A stretch of DNA of 63,960 bases, counting the filler. It is 8 parts of 8 records of this genome, joined end to end, with 100 filler letters (N's around TTAATTAATTAA, not from the genome) between each part and the next. Parts side by side here need not be neighbours in the genome. Positions count along the whole stretch, not along the records: positions 12,006 to 25,254 come from DRR723986_9617; positions 25,355 to 33,940 come from DRR723986_9620; 6 more parts are not named here. The stretch is one strand, 5' to 3'. Shown here one piece after another: positions 21,287 through 31,755 of this stretch. Made by a program: the position numbers and the translations under genes. Position 1 is the first letter of the stretch, and each line of letters opens with the position of its first letter. Below the pieces are notes generated by a model that saw only the letters and a program-made list of their open reading frames with translations, ran no database searches and was not told the DNA's origin.

Positions 21287-22323
21287 TGAAGGCCGGGCTA
21301 AGGGCCATTTCCCTTGCCCTGGGGCTATGTGCAATGGCACCAGCGCAGGCCGAAGTTTCCTATAAGATCGCCGATTTCGGCGATCTGCAGGGCTGGGCGC
21401 AGGATGATCACGCCGCAGCCCTGGCTGTGTTTCAGGAAACCTGCCCCGATCTGGATGATCCAGATTGGCAAAGCCTATGCGCGATCTCTGCCAATATCGA
21501 TGATGCGCGCGCTTTTTTTCAGCTGTTTTTCCGCCCTGTCCTGATCGAAGACGGGGCAAAGCCGCTGTTCACCGGCTATTTCGAGCCGGAATTAAACGGT
21601 GCTTTGCGCCCCGACAGCCGGTATCGGTTTCCGCTGTATAAAATGCCACCCGAGGCGCGCAGCGCGCCCAGCTGGCTGTCGCGGCGCGAAATTGAAACCA
21701 CCGATGCATTGGTGGGCCGTGGGCTGGAAATTGCCTGGGTCGATGACCCGGTCGAGCTGTTTTTCCTGCAGGTCCAGGGCTCGGGCCGCATTCGCCTGCC
21801 AGATGGGCGCAGCCTGCGCGTGGGCTACCAGGGCGCCAATGGCCATCAATACCGTTCCGTGGGCACAGAATTGGTGCGCCGCGGCATTTTCGATGCGCAT
21901 CAAGTATCGGCGCAGGTCATCAAAAACTGGGTGCGGCGCAACCCGATTGATGGGTTGGAATTGCTGCGCCATAACCCCAGCTATGTATTCTTTCGTGAAA
22001 TCGGCGATGTTCCCGCCCACAAAGGGCCGCTGGGTGCGATGAACCGTTCCGTTACCGCATTGCGCAGCGTGGCGGTAGACCCGCGCTTTGTGCCGCTGGG
22101 TGCGCCGGTTTGGCTGGAAAAAGCGGGGGAAACCCCCATGAACCGCCTGATGGTGGCCCAAGATACCGGATCGGCCATCAAAGGCGCGCAGCGGGCAGAT
22201 ATTTTCTTTGGCACGGGCGATGAAGCAGGCCGTCAGGCCGGGCGCCTGCGCGATGATGGCCGCATGTATGTATTGCTGCCCATCCAGCGCGCCTATGCTT
22301 TGTTACCCGAGGCCCAGCAATGA
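21286..22323 (+). CDS. mltA: Membrane-bound lytic murein transglycosylase A
   Basis: FTGYFEP, LQVQGSG, NPSYVFF, AQDTGSAIKG..RADIFFG. Confidence 0.92.
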   Translation: MKAGLRAISLALGLCAMAPAQAEVSYKIADFGDLQGWAQDDHAAALAVFQETCPDLDDPDWQSLCAISANIDDARAFFQLFFRPVLIEDGAKPLFTGYFEPELNGALRPDSRYRFPLYKMPPEARSAPSWLSRREIETTDALVGRGLEIAWVDDPVELFFLQVQGSGRIRLPDGRSLRVGYQGANGHQYRSVGTELVRRGIFDAHQVSAQVIKNWVRRNPIDGLELLRHNPSYVFFREIGDVPAHKGPLGAMNRSVTALRSVAVDPRFVPLGAPVWLEKAGETPMNRLMVAQDTGSAIKGAQRADIFFGTGDEAGRQAGRLRDDGRMYVLLPIQRAYALLPEAQQ

Positions 22324-22901
22324 CACGCCGCCGCCTGCGCCCAGATGAGATAGAGCTTTGGCACAAGGTGGCTGAAACGGCGCAAAAAATGCACCTCGAA
22401 CGCAAGGTGCCAGCGCCTGTGGCGCCCAAACCCAAGCCGCGCAAAACCCCACAGGCCCGGATACCCGAATTTAACCTGGGCCAAGCGGCCAAACACAGCA
22501 CGCCGCCGCATCAATTGGCCCCCGCCATTTCTGATGCGCTGCGCGCGCGCCCCGTGGCGATGGACCGCAAAACATTCACGCGCATGTCAAAGGGCAAACT
22601 GGTGCCCGAAGGGCGCATCGATTTGCACGGCATGACGCTGGAACGCGCGCATAACGCGCTGGTGCGGTTTATGCTGATGTCGCACAGCCGCGGGCGGCGT
22701 TTGGTTTTGGTGATCACCGGCAAAGGCAAAGACCGCGACGAAGGCGGGCCCATCCCGGTGCGCCGCGGTGTCTTGCGCCACCAAGTGCCCCACTGGCTAG
22801 AGGTGCCGCCGCTGGCGCAGGTGGTGTTGCAGGTAATTCCCGCCCATATCAGCCATGGGGGCGAGGGCGCTTATTACGTGTATCTCAAACGCAGCCGCTA
22901 A
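22320..22901 (+). CDS. Smr/MutS2 domain protein
   Basis: IDLHGMT, LVITGKG, HGGEGAYYVYL. Confidence 0.9.
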   Translation: MTRRRLRPDEIELWHKVAETAQKMHLERKVPAPVAPKPKPRKTPQARIPEFNLGQAAKHSTPPHQLAPAISDALRARPVAMDRKTFTRMSKGKLVPEGRIDLHGMTLERAHNALVRFMLMSHSRGRRLVLVITGKGKDRDEGGPIPVRRGVLRHQVPHWLEVPPLAQVVLQVIPAHISHGGEGAYYVYLKRSR

Positions 22902-24031
22902 TTGGCTGTGCTGGCCAGATGCGGCGATAAAATCAGCTGCGTGGCTTTTTGAACGGTAATCACAGTGCCCGGCAACAGCCCGGCGCGCCCGGCCCTGTCG
23001 GTTTCAAAGGTGCGGTTCAATTCTTGGCTGCGCCCCAGCAACTCGATCAAGACGGGCGAGCTGCCAACCGTGAAATGCCCGCCATCGGATAGGCTGGAAA
23101 AGGCGCTGACATCGATAATCGTCACAGGGTATTGGGCCAGCTTTTCTACCGCCTCCAGGCTGCCCAGCCGCACAGACGAGCCATTGATACGCGCCGATAA
23201 TTGCAGCGCCCGATCGCGCGAGCTGACAAAAATGGCAAAGGGTGCGGGTAGGCTGTGAAACCGCGCCATCTGGCTTTGAAACACCTCGATATCCAGATCG
23301 GGGGCAATCAACACAACACCGTCTAAATGCCGCCTCGACCAGCCGCTATTGGCAATTTCGATTTGCCGCAATGTCTCGATCGTCAGCATCGCGCCCATGG
23401 AATGGGCCACCACCACCACGCGTTTTGCACCTGTTTTGTGCAGATCGCGCAGCAGCTGTTCCAGCCCATCGCGGGCAAACAGCACGCTGTCGCGATCATA
23501 GGTATAGCCCAGCGGGCTGGCGGCGCTGGGCCATGCGTAATGCACGGCCAGGCCCGGCAAGGCAAAATCATGGGCCAGTTGCGCCGTGCGGTAAGTGCCC
23601 TCTAGGTAGCTGTTGTTATAGCCATGGATATACAGCGTTATATCGCGCTGGCGGCTGGGCAGTTGCGCCAGATCAGTGGTAAGGCGGGCCAGAAAGTGCT
23701 GGCGATTATCCAGCGTGCTGCGGGCGGTTACGGCAAATTGCCGGTTCGGGTTTACCCGGGCAAAGCCCGCGCGCAGCTGGCCAAGCTGGCGCTGTTTGGG
23801 CACCGCCACCTTTAGCTGTGCATAGCTTGTATCGCTGCTGCGCCCAGGCCCAAACCAGCTGCTTTCATTGGCTTGGCGCGTGGTGGCCACATAAACGGTT
23901 TGCACCTGCCCGGGCTGTGCGGCGCCCGGCACAACGGTGGTTGTGCCCCGGTCGGTGCAGCCGGCCAAGGCACATGCCAGCGCCAGCGCCCCCAATACGC
24001 TGTGGCGCAGGCTAAACCCGGCCCGCACCAC
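22898..24031 (-). CDS. Alpha/beta hydrolase lipoprotein (DUF900-like)
   Basis: LAGC lipobox, YIHGYNN, AHSMG, APDLD. Confidence 0.85.
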   Translation of the reverse strand: MVRAGFSLRHSVLGALALACALAGCTDRGTTTVVPGAAQPGQVQTVYVATTRQANESSWFGPGRSSDTSYAQLKVAVPKQRQLGQLRAGFARVNPNRQFAVTARSTLDNRQHFLARLTTDLAQLPSRQRDITLYIHGYNNSYLEGTYRTAQLAHDFALPGLAVHYAWPSAASPLGYTYDRDSVLFARDGLEQLLRDLHKTGAKRVVVVAHSMGAMLTIETLRQIEIANSGWSRRHLDGVVLIAPDLDIEVFQSQMARFHSLPAPFAIFVSSRDRALQLSARINGSSVRLGSLEAVEKLAQYPVTIIDVSAFSSLSDGGHFTVGSSPVLIELLGRSQELNRTFETDRAGRAGLLPGTVITVQKATQLILSPHLASTAN

Positions 24032-24032
24032 C

Positions 24033-25254
24033 CTACAGCACGTAGCGGCTGAGATCGCTAGATTTGGTCAAGGCGCCCAAATTGCTTTCCACAAAAGCCG
24101 CGTCAATAACCACGCTTTGCCCGGCACGATCGGGGGCGGTAAAGCTGATTTCCTCGAACACTCGCTCGATCACCGTATAAAGCCGCCTTGCGCCGATATT
24201 CTCGATGCTTTGGTTCACATCGGCGGCAATGCGCGCCAGGGCGGCAATGCCATCATCGCTAAAGCTGATTTCCAGTTCTTCGGTTTTCATCAGCGCCACA
24301 TATTGCCGGGTGAGCGCGTTATCGGTTTCGGTAAGAATGCGCACAAAATCGCCTTCGGTCAGGGGGCGCAATTCAACCCGAATAGGCAAGCGCCCCTGCA
24401 ATTCGGGCAACAAATCTGATGGTTTGGCGATGTGAAAGGCGCCCGAGGCGATAAATAAGATATGGTCGGTTTTGACCACGCCGTATTTGGTGGAAACGCT
24501 GGTGCCCTCGATCAGCGGCAGCAGATCGCGCTGCACACCTTCGCGGCTGACATCACCGCCGCGCGCATCAGCGCGGGCGCAAACTTTGTCGATTTCATCA
24601 ATGAAAACAATGCCGTTTTGTTCCACCGCTTCCAGCGCTGTGGTTTTTATCGCCTCTTCATCCAGCAGTTTATCGGCCTCTTCTGCCAGCAAAATATCGT
24701 GGCTTTCGGCCACGCTAAGGCGGCGGCGTTTGGTGCGCTGGCCAAAGGCCTTGCCGAAAATTTCGCCCAAATTCATCATGCCCATCTGCCCGGGCTGGCC
24801 TGGCACATCCATCATACCCATCGGGTTCGAGGTATCGGCCACATCCAGCTCGATCATGGTGTCGTCCAGCTCGCCCGCCAGCAGCTTCTTGCGAAACATC
24901 TCGCGGGTGCCGCTGCGGGCGTCTTCGCCGGCAATTGCGGTGATAACCCGGTCTTCGGCGGCTTTTTCGGCGCGCGCCTTTACATCTTCGCGCATATGGT
25001 CGCGCACCATGGCGATGGCCGCCTCTACCAGATCGCGGATGATCTGTTCGACATCGCGGCCAACATAGCCCACTTCGGTAAATTTCGTCGCCTCAACCTT
25101 GATAAAGGGTGCGCGCGCCAGTTTTGCCAAGCGGCGGCTGATTTCGGTTTTGCCAACGCCGGTTGGCCCGATCATCAGAATGTTTTTTGGGTAAACCTCG
25201 TCGCGCAGATCATCGGGCAGCTGTTTGCGCCGCCAGCGGTTGCGCAGCGCCACG
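24033..25254 (-). CDS. hslU: ATP-dependent protease ATPase subunit (5'-truncated)
   Basis: [41 protein letters not shown]. Confidence 0.97.
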
Positions 25255-25565
25255 NNNNNNNNNNNNNNNNNNNNNNNNNNNNNNNNNNNNNNNNNNNNTT
25301 AATTAATTAANNNNNNNNNNNNNNNNNNNNNNNNNNNNNNNNNNNNNNNNNNNNCCAGACGTGTGTAATTACGGCACGTTAAATTTATTTGGCTTGTTTT
25401 ACGTGGGTAAAAGCTTGCAAATTGTCGGTAGGGGGCTGTTTCCAGCCCCAAGCCTCCGAGACAGGTCCTAAAGACCCCAAGCGTGGTTCACTAGATAATA
25501 GACTTGCGGCCGCGAACTTCAAGCTACGATATCCGAGGCAATTGCTGAATTTCACATCTTAACCA

Positions 25566-26591
25566 CTAGAACCTAAGACTGATAATCGGCAAGTGAATAC
25601 CGTCACTCAGTGGCGCGTACTGGCCGAAGTTGGAGCGCAAACTGCTGTTAACAAGTCCTTCCTTTGTGCCGTAGTCAGAGATAAACCCATAGTCACTTCT
25701 TTTCCAGAGCACGGACGGCTGCGGTCTTGAGCGTTCATAGGCCGTCTTGCCAAGATAGGGCGGTACAAATGCGAGAGTTACAAAAAATGCAGCCAGCGCC
25801 ACTTCTTCCGAAAAATAGGCGATTGGAGTGACTACAGCAAAGGCACCGGCCGACACCATTACGGCGCCCAGCATCGTGCCACCAAACCCAGCTGAGAAGT
25901 CGCCGGAGCCTGCACCACCGCCATCCACCAGGGACATAAAACTCGCCGATCCAAGTGGCCCGGTAATGAAAAGTCCCAAAGCGAACAGGTTGAGATTATT
26001 GTCAAAACTCACGTCATTCCGTGCGGCAAGTACAACCGGGATACCGAAACCGAGCGCCCAACCTGTAAACGACGAGAGATAGAGCGATTTGCCGCTCTTG
26101 CGTCCGCCATATTCGTCCAGGTATTCATTGAGCGCCACCTGCTGCGGGGTTAACTCAATCGGGCTACCGGAATAAGGCATTTCGGTGTATTCCAGATCGT
26201 CCGGTGGAATCAGCAGCATGACGTTGTCAAAGTCATACCATGACTGCGTCAGGAAATCTACGGCCAGCGGGAATCCCAATAGTGCATCGGGCAGGAGCCA
26301 GGCCGGTTGGAAGCGCGACTTTATGTTGACGGTGCGTTGGCGGTCGCCATTGCGGAAAACCAGTGTATGGTCACGGTCGCAAGGCAGGTCAACTTCAAAT
26401 TCACCGTTGCCTTTCCAGCGTTGTTTCAGTTGCTGCCCGCTCTCATCAAACACTTCTGTTTCAGCGGGGGCCACGACCCGCACCGCGCTGTGCGATCCTT
26501 TGAAGATAGAAGCACAGCCAATCATTTGTGTGCTGATGGCGCAAATAAAAACAAAAAAACACCAGCGTTTTACATTAGTAGAATAGCGCAT
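25566..26591 (-). CDS. Hypothetical lipoprotein with PEGA-like N-terminus and C-terminal membrane helices
   Basis: IGC-ASIF lipobox; several hydrophobic segments; start uncertain. Confidence 0.6.
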   Translation of the reverse strand: MRYSTNVKRWCFFVFICAISTQMIGCASIFKGSHSAVRVVAPAETEVFDESGQQLKQRWKGNGEFEVDLPCDRDHTLVFRNGDRQRTVNIKSRFQPAWLLPDALLGFPLAVDFLTQSWYDFDNVMLLIPPDDLEYTEMPYSGSPIELTPQQVALNEYLDEYGGRKSGKSLYLSSFTGWALGFGIPVVLAARNDVSFDNNLNLFALGLFITGPLGSASFMSLVDGGGAGSGDFSAGFGGTMLGAVMVSAGAFAVVTPIAYFSEEVALAAFFVTLAFVPPYLGKTAYERSRPQPSVLWKRSDYGFISDYGTKEGLVNSSLRSNFGQYAPLSDGIHLPIISLRF

Positions 26592-26971
26592 TATTGTATC
26601 CGGAAGAGATGTAAAGTCATCCGGCCGCGCCGGGTGTGCGGGTGCCGGTGACATGAGCAATGCCGACAAATTAAGAACAAAATCATAACAATTAGAAAAA
26701 TAATGCAGCTTTTTTTAATCAGTGGTATGCGTGCTACTCTTAATAGTCACGCATCACCTGTAAATTTCAGCACTTTTCCTCATTGCATTTTTGGAGTTAT
26801 TTACTGCGCTTGAACAGGTTTTATGGTGTCCTGGTGGCAGCCAAATTTGCGTAACAAATCTGTACTACAGCCTTCACAGCAGTTTTACGACGCGGTCACA
26901 TTCAGGTAATGACTTATTGTTAACATGCAATTGCGTTCAAAACAATGCTGATGTAATCAATTATTAGAGAA

Positions 26972-28858
26972 ATGTTGATGTTTAATAATACACTTGTTAA
27001 ACCTGCGCTTCAAATACCACCACACCACAAATTGATAGACCTGCGCAGCTTCTCCAGCCATCCCATCCTGCAGCCAATACTTAAACTAAGTGCAGCACCA
27101 ATTGAATTTTTGCTGGGCATCAAGGACTTAAACAAAATGTATGCTCGGATTGTGACAGACTCTGTGGATAGCGGGCGGGATGTCTTTGAGTCTACCCTAA
27201 ACGTCATGCAGGCTGAAGTCAGTGTCACCGAGCAGGACCTGCGTAAAATCCCCAAACACGGCCCCTTGACAGTGGTAGCCAACCATCCCTTCGGCGGTTT
27301 TGAGGGGGTAGCGCTTGCACAAATGCTGGCAAGGCTGCGGCCGGATGTTAAAATATTGGGCAACTTTCTGCTTAATCAAATTCACGGAATTGGGGATCGT
27401 ATTATTGCTGTTGACCCTTTTGACAACTCCAGCTCCATACGCCGGAATGCTGCGGCCTTGCGTGAAGCGCTCGATTGGCTCACTACCGGCGGCGCGCTAC
27501 TTGTTTTTCCGGCCGGCGAGGTATCGCACTTCCACCGCGCGGCCGGCGCAGTTGTGGACCGCGAGTGGAGTCCACACATCGCCTCACTGATTCAGCGCAG
27601 TTCCTGTGCGGTTGTACCTATCTATGTTGAGGGTCACAACAGTCTGCTCTTTCAGCTGGCCGGGATGGTACATCCGCGCCTGCGCACGGCTCTGCTGCCC
27701 CGCGAGTTGTTAAACAAACGCGGCAGCAAACTTCACATTCGCATCGGTAATACAATCCGCAGCAGTGAGTGGCAGGGGCGCGGCGCGCGTCGGCAACTAA
27801 GTGCCTATCTGCAGGGTCGGACCTATTTCCTGAGGCAGCGTCAAACAGCAGAGGCGGCCGCGCCGTGCAGCAGTCAAGCCGAATTACTACTCGAACCCCT
27901 GGCACAAGCCCAGCCTTCTGAAATGATAGACGCAGAAGTTGCAGCCCTGCCGGACAGTGCACGCCTGGCCTCACAATCGGATTTTGATGTCTTTCTGCTC
28001 GCTCCCGGGCAGTCGGCTGTTTTGCTGGAAGAAATTGGGCGCCTGCGCGAATATACCTTCCGTCAGGTGGCCGAAGGCTGCGGCCGCGCGCTGGATCTGG
28101 ATGAGTTTGATGAAACCTACTACCAATTGTTTCTCTGGAATCGCGCACGCGCTGAAATTGCCGGCGCATACCGCCTGGGCTGCTGTGACACTTTGTTAGA
28201 GCGTGGCGGACTAGAGGCTTTGTATACCAGCAGCCTGTTCAAGTTTGCGCCCGAATTCGCAGAACATCTGAATCATACCGTAGAGGTTGGCCGCTCCTTT
28301 GTACGCCCGGAATACCAGCGCCACTTTGCCAGCCTGGCTCTGCTCTGGCGGGGCATAGGTGAGTTTCTGGTCCGCAATCCACGCTACCGGACCTTGTTCG
28401 GCCCGGTAAGTATCAGCAAGAGCTATCATCCGCTTTCGCGTGCAATTATTGTGCGTTACCTGCGCCGCCACAAGCTGCATGCGCGCTTGGCCGGCCTGGC
28501 ACAGGCGCGCACGCCTTTTGACGGCACGGTTGCAGAGTCGGCCGAAATTCTGGCGCTTCAGGACAACATCATGAACTCAACGGATGTTTCGCACCTGATC
28601 AGTGATATCGAGGCTGATGCCAAAGGGATGCCGATTCTCCTGCAGCACTACCTGAAACTCAATGCGCGCGTCCTGCAGTTTAACCTGGATGCGCGCTTTT
28701 CTGATGTTCTCGACGCGCTCATCTGGCTCGATTTGGAAACAACCGAAGCGCGATTCCTCAAGCGCTACATGGGCGCGCAGGGATTTAGTACTTACAGCGG
28801 GTTTTACGGTGCAGCGTCTCGACCCTCAGCGGAGGGCTACTGTTCATTGAATGATTGA
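26972..28858 (+). CDS. PlsC acyltransferase-GNAT fusion, OlsF-like bifunctional amino-lipid synthase
   Basis: VANHPFGG and FPAGEV (PlsC) plus EIGRLRE, LDLDEFD, EVGRSFV and FGPVSIS (OlsB-like GNAT). Confidence 0.8.
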   Translation: MLMFNNTLVKPALQIPPHHKLIDLRSFSSHPILQPILKLSAAPIEFLLGIKDLNKMYARIVTDSVDSGRDVFESTLNVMQAEVSVTEQDLRKIPKHGPLTVVANHPFGGFEGVALAQMLARLRPDVKILGNFLLNQIHGIGDRIIAVDPFDNSSSIRRNAAALREALDWLTTGGALLVFPAGEVSHFHRAAGAVVDREWSPHIASLIQRSSCAVVPIYVEGHNSLLFQLAGMVHPRLRTALLPRELLNKRGSKLHIRIGNTIRSSEWQGRGARRQLSAYLQGRTYFLRQRQTAEAAAPCSSQAELLLEPLAQAQPSEMIDAEVAALPDSARLASQSDFDVFLLAPGQSAVLLEEIGRLREYTFRQVAEGCGRALDLDEFDETYYQLFLWNRARAEIAGAYRLGCCDTLLERGGLEALYTSSLFKFAPEFAEHLNHTVEVGRSFVRPEYQRHFASLALLWRGIGEFLVRNPRYRTLFGPVSISKSYHPLSRAIIVRYLRRHKLHARLAGLAQARTPFDGTVAESAEILALQDNIMNSTDVSHLISDIEADAKGMPILLQHYLKLNARVLQFNLDARFSDVLDALIWLDLETTEARFLKRYMGAQGFSTYSGFYGAASRPSAEGYCSLND

Positions 28859-29061
28859 TGTGCTTGGGTCTTTGAAAAATAAACTGCGCGCTGCTGCCGA
28901 TTCTCGTATCAGAAGCTCAGGGTTATCAGGGCATTTCGCGCTAAAAATTGACCCTGCCGGCGCATTTGTTCTTTTTCCATGTGCTCCAGTCCGAATGTCT
29001 TTATGAAGTTTTGCTTATCTTTAGCGCTTTATTATCAAAAACTTATGAGTACGTGAAGCCG

Positions 29062-30207
29062 GTGAGTGAAGAGTCGGTCAACAACAATACCGTGTTGGTT
29101 GTAGATGACAATCAGGTCAACGTAGGTATTATCCGCCAGATGTTGCGTCGGCGCGGTTTTTCCGTGTTGACTGCCAATTCAGGGCCTGAGGCTATAGAGA
29201 TTGCCACCAAAGCCAAGCCCGGAGTAATTCTTCTCGACATTATGATGCCGGAAATGGATGGTTTTGAAACCTGCCGTCGCCTCAAAGCCGAGGAGACGAC
29301 AAAGGATATTCCGATTATTTTCCTGTCGGCATTGGATGATACTGAGAACAAAGTACATGCCTTTGAAGTCGGTGGCGTAGACTACATCACCAAACCATTC
29401 CAAAAAAACGAAGTCCTGGCGCGTGTAGATGTCCATCTGCGCATGCGCAAGCTGGAGATGCAGCAGCGTGCAAATATCGAAGAGTTGCGCGAACTGAATG
29501 AAGAGAAAGACAAGATGATGCAAATCGTTTCACACGATTTGCGTTCGCCGCTGGGTGGCATTAAAGGCCTGGCAGAAATCATGCGCGATGGCGAAGAAGC
29601 CTCAGACCCCGAGACGGTGCGCGAATTCACCGCTATGATCTGCGACTCCGTAGAATCGCTTGTTGGGCTGGTAAATGACCTGCTTGATTTGGCCAAAATC
29701 GAATCCGGCGCCATGTCACTCAACTACTCCGACTACGAGATTCGTGAGTTGGTCCTGAGCTGTGTGGAATCGATTCAAATGATTGCGCTTAAAAAGGGCG
29801 TTCAGATTGAAATGGTGTACCCCGATGACGAAGTCATGGTACATGGTGACCGCCCCAAAATGATGCAGGTTATCAATAACCTGCTGTCAAACGCCGTTAA
29901 GTTTACACCCATGCAACGCAAAGTCTACGTCATCATCAAACTCGATGGTGATTCGATAGTTCTTATCGTGCGTGACGAGGGCATCGGCATGCCGCAAAAC
30001 ATGCTGCCCAACCTGTTTGAAAAGTTTGGCAAACACCAGCGTGCCGGCACCAATGGCGAAAAAGGCACCGGCCTTGGAATGCCAATTGTCAAACGTTTTG
30101 TTGAACTGCACGGTGGCAGTGTTCAGGTTGCCAGTACAGTAGATGTTGGAACCACGTTTACACTACACCTGCCACAACGCGCAGCAGCCGCCGATTCACA
30201 GATGTGA
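29062..30207 (+). CDS. Hybrid response regulator / histidine kinase (REC-HisKA-HATPase)
   Basis: VVDDN, LDIMMP, SHDLRSPL, NLLSNAVKFT, DEGIG, GTGLG; start uncertain. Confidence 0.9.
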   Translation: MSEESVNNNTVLVVDDNQVNVGIIRQMLRRRGFSVLTANSGPEAIEIATKAKPGVILLDIMMPEMDGFETCRRLKAEETTKDIPIIFLSALDDTENKVHAFEVGGVDYITKPFQKNEVLARVDVHLRMRKLEMQQRANIEELRELNEEKDKMMQIVSHDLRSPLGGIKGLAEIMRDGEEASDPETVREFTAMICDSVESLVGLVNDLLDLAKIESGAMSLNYSDYEIRELVLSCVESIQMIALKKGVQIEMVYPDDEVMVHGDRPKMMQVINNLLSNAVKFTPMQRKVYVIIKLDGDSIVLIVRDEGIGMPQNMLPNLFEKFGKHQRAGTNGEKGTGLGMPIVKRFVELHGGSVQVASTVDVGTTFTLHLPQRAAAADSQM

Positions 30208-30234
30208 TTCCAGTACCGACCGGTAAATCATTCT

Positions 30235-30723
30235 CTAGCCATTGATTAACAAGTCTGGCGGGCAATACCAGCGCAAACCGGCCTGCAGCGGGTGAATGCG
30301 GTAGAGATCAACACATGCCATCGCCCCCGGCTCAAAATGCGCCTGCAGGCGTCCTTCAGCACAAAGCAGCGAAGTCAGAATACTTACCAGTGGGTTGTGG
30401 CTCACCAGGAGAATTGTGGGGTGCTCGTCCAGTTCGCGCAGCAGGTCCAAAACCTCGTGTGGGTGATTGTTTGGTCGCAGACGCTTGTCGGTCTGGATTG
30501 CAGCCGGCGAATCCCAGGCTGTAGCCAGGATATTGGCCGACTGCTGCGCACGAACGTAGGGGCTGGCACAAATATGTGCTTCTTGCAGTTTCCAGCCGCG
30601 CAGGGTAGCAGCGCTGCGCCGCAGTTTGTCTCTGCCGATGGCACTCAGTTCACGATCTTTATCCTGCGAATACAAGGCTGGAGATTCAGCCTCTCCGTGG
30701 CGGGCAAGGTAGAGAGTTTGCAT
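30235..30723 (-). CDS. Phosphohistidine phosphatase, SixA-like
   Basis: LARHGEA, SPYVRAQQSA, VSHNP. Confidence 0.85.
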   Translation of the reverse strand: MQTLYLARHGEAESPALYSQDKDRELSAIGRDKLRRSAATLRGWKLQEAHICASPYVRAQQSANILATAWDSPAAIQTDKRLRPNNHPHEVLDLLRELDEHPTILLVSHNPLVSILTSLLCAEGRLQAHFEPGAMACVDLYRIHPLQAGLRWYCPPDLLING

Positions 30724-30726
30724 AGT

Positions 30727-31572
30727 TCAGCGTGCAACAGTCAGGTGGATAACGGCTTCGGGCTCAACCTGTTCGGCCCCAGCCGGAAATTGCTCAATCA
30801 CAGTTCCGCTCATGAAAGTACCGTCTTCGCTGCTTTTGTTAACAAAACCAAGCGTCAGGCCGGCTTCCTTCAGTATGCGTTGTGCTTCGGGCAGGGTTTT
30901 GCCCAGTAAGTCAGGAACTTCTACCAGTTGAATTTCAGGTCCCAGACTCACAACCAGGTCAATTTCGTCGCCGCGTTCCAGGTCGCTGCCCGCATTGGCA
31001 CTTTGGGTCATTACCACGCGAGCGTCAAAACGTTCGCTGTGGACGAACTCTACCTCGCCTATTTGCAGGCCCAGACGCAACAGCTGGATGCGCGCCTCAC
31101 GTAGTGGCGTGCCGACAATCTGTGGCATTTCCAGGCGGTCCGGACCGCGGCTGGCTACCAGGTAAACACGTCTGCCGGCTTTAACTTTTGAGCCCGGCTG
31201 TGGCGTTTGGTTGATGACCTGGCCCGCCGGAATCGTCTGGCTCATGAGCCTCTCAGTGATTTCGGGGGTCATGTTTTGATTGCGTAGTTCGGCAATCGCA
31301 TCCAGCGTATCGGTCAGCAGTACATCCGGGACGTTAAGGAGGTCCTCGGAGCCAACGTAGGACGGCATAATTATTTTGTCTGCAGTTAATCCCACCAATA
31401 CTATAAATGCAAACAGCGCCAGGATCAGGATCCAGTAGCGTCTCTGTTCTTTCTTCAAGGATTCTGCGGCTTTTGAGTCCGGGTTTTTGCCGGCTTTGGC
31501 GCGCTCGGCTTTTTCACGGTCCTCAATTTCGCGCATCATTTGCTCGACGTTATTGGTCGGCTCAAGGGACAT
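30727..31572 (-). CDS. PASTA-domain membrane protein (3 PASTA repeats)
   Basis: One TM helix then VPDV/MPQIVG/VPDLLG repeats with VINQTP-type motifs. Confidence 0.88.
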   Translation of the reverse strand: MSLEPTNNVEQMMREIEDREKAERAKAGKNPDSKAAESLKKEQRRYWILILALFAFIVLVGLTADKIIMPSYVGSEDLLNVPDVLLTDTLDAIAELRNQNMTPEITERLMSQTIPAGQVINQTPQPGSKVKAGRRVYLVASRGPDRLEMPQIVGTPLREARIQLLRLGLQIGEVEFVHSERFDARVVMTQSANAGSDLERGDEIDLVVSLGPEIQLVEVPDLLGKTLPEAQRILKEAGLTLGFVNKSSEDGTFMSGTVIEQFPAGAEQVEPEAVIHLTVAR

Positions 31573-31755
31573 AAAGACTCTTGTTTGATCCTGTTTGTGA
31601 ACACTTGTTGCTGCAATATACGAAGAATGCGTCAGGAGTTACCGCCCGCCTGTGTATCTTGCCGCTTGCTTTTAACACAATTCAGGCTCGGCTGCGGACA
31701 AGCCCGCGCGTAAACAAAGCGAATTGTTAATGTTAAACCCTCAAAGGGAAATCGC

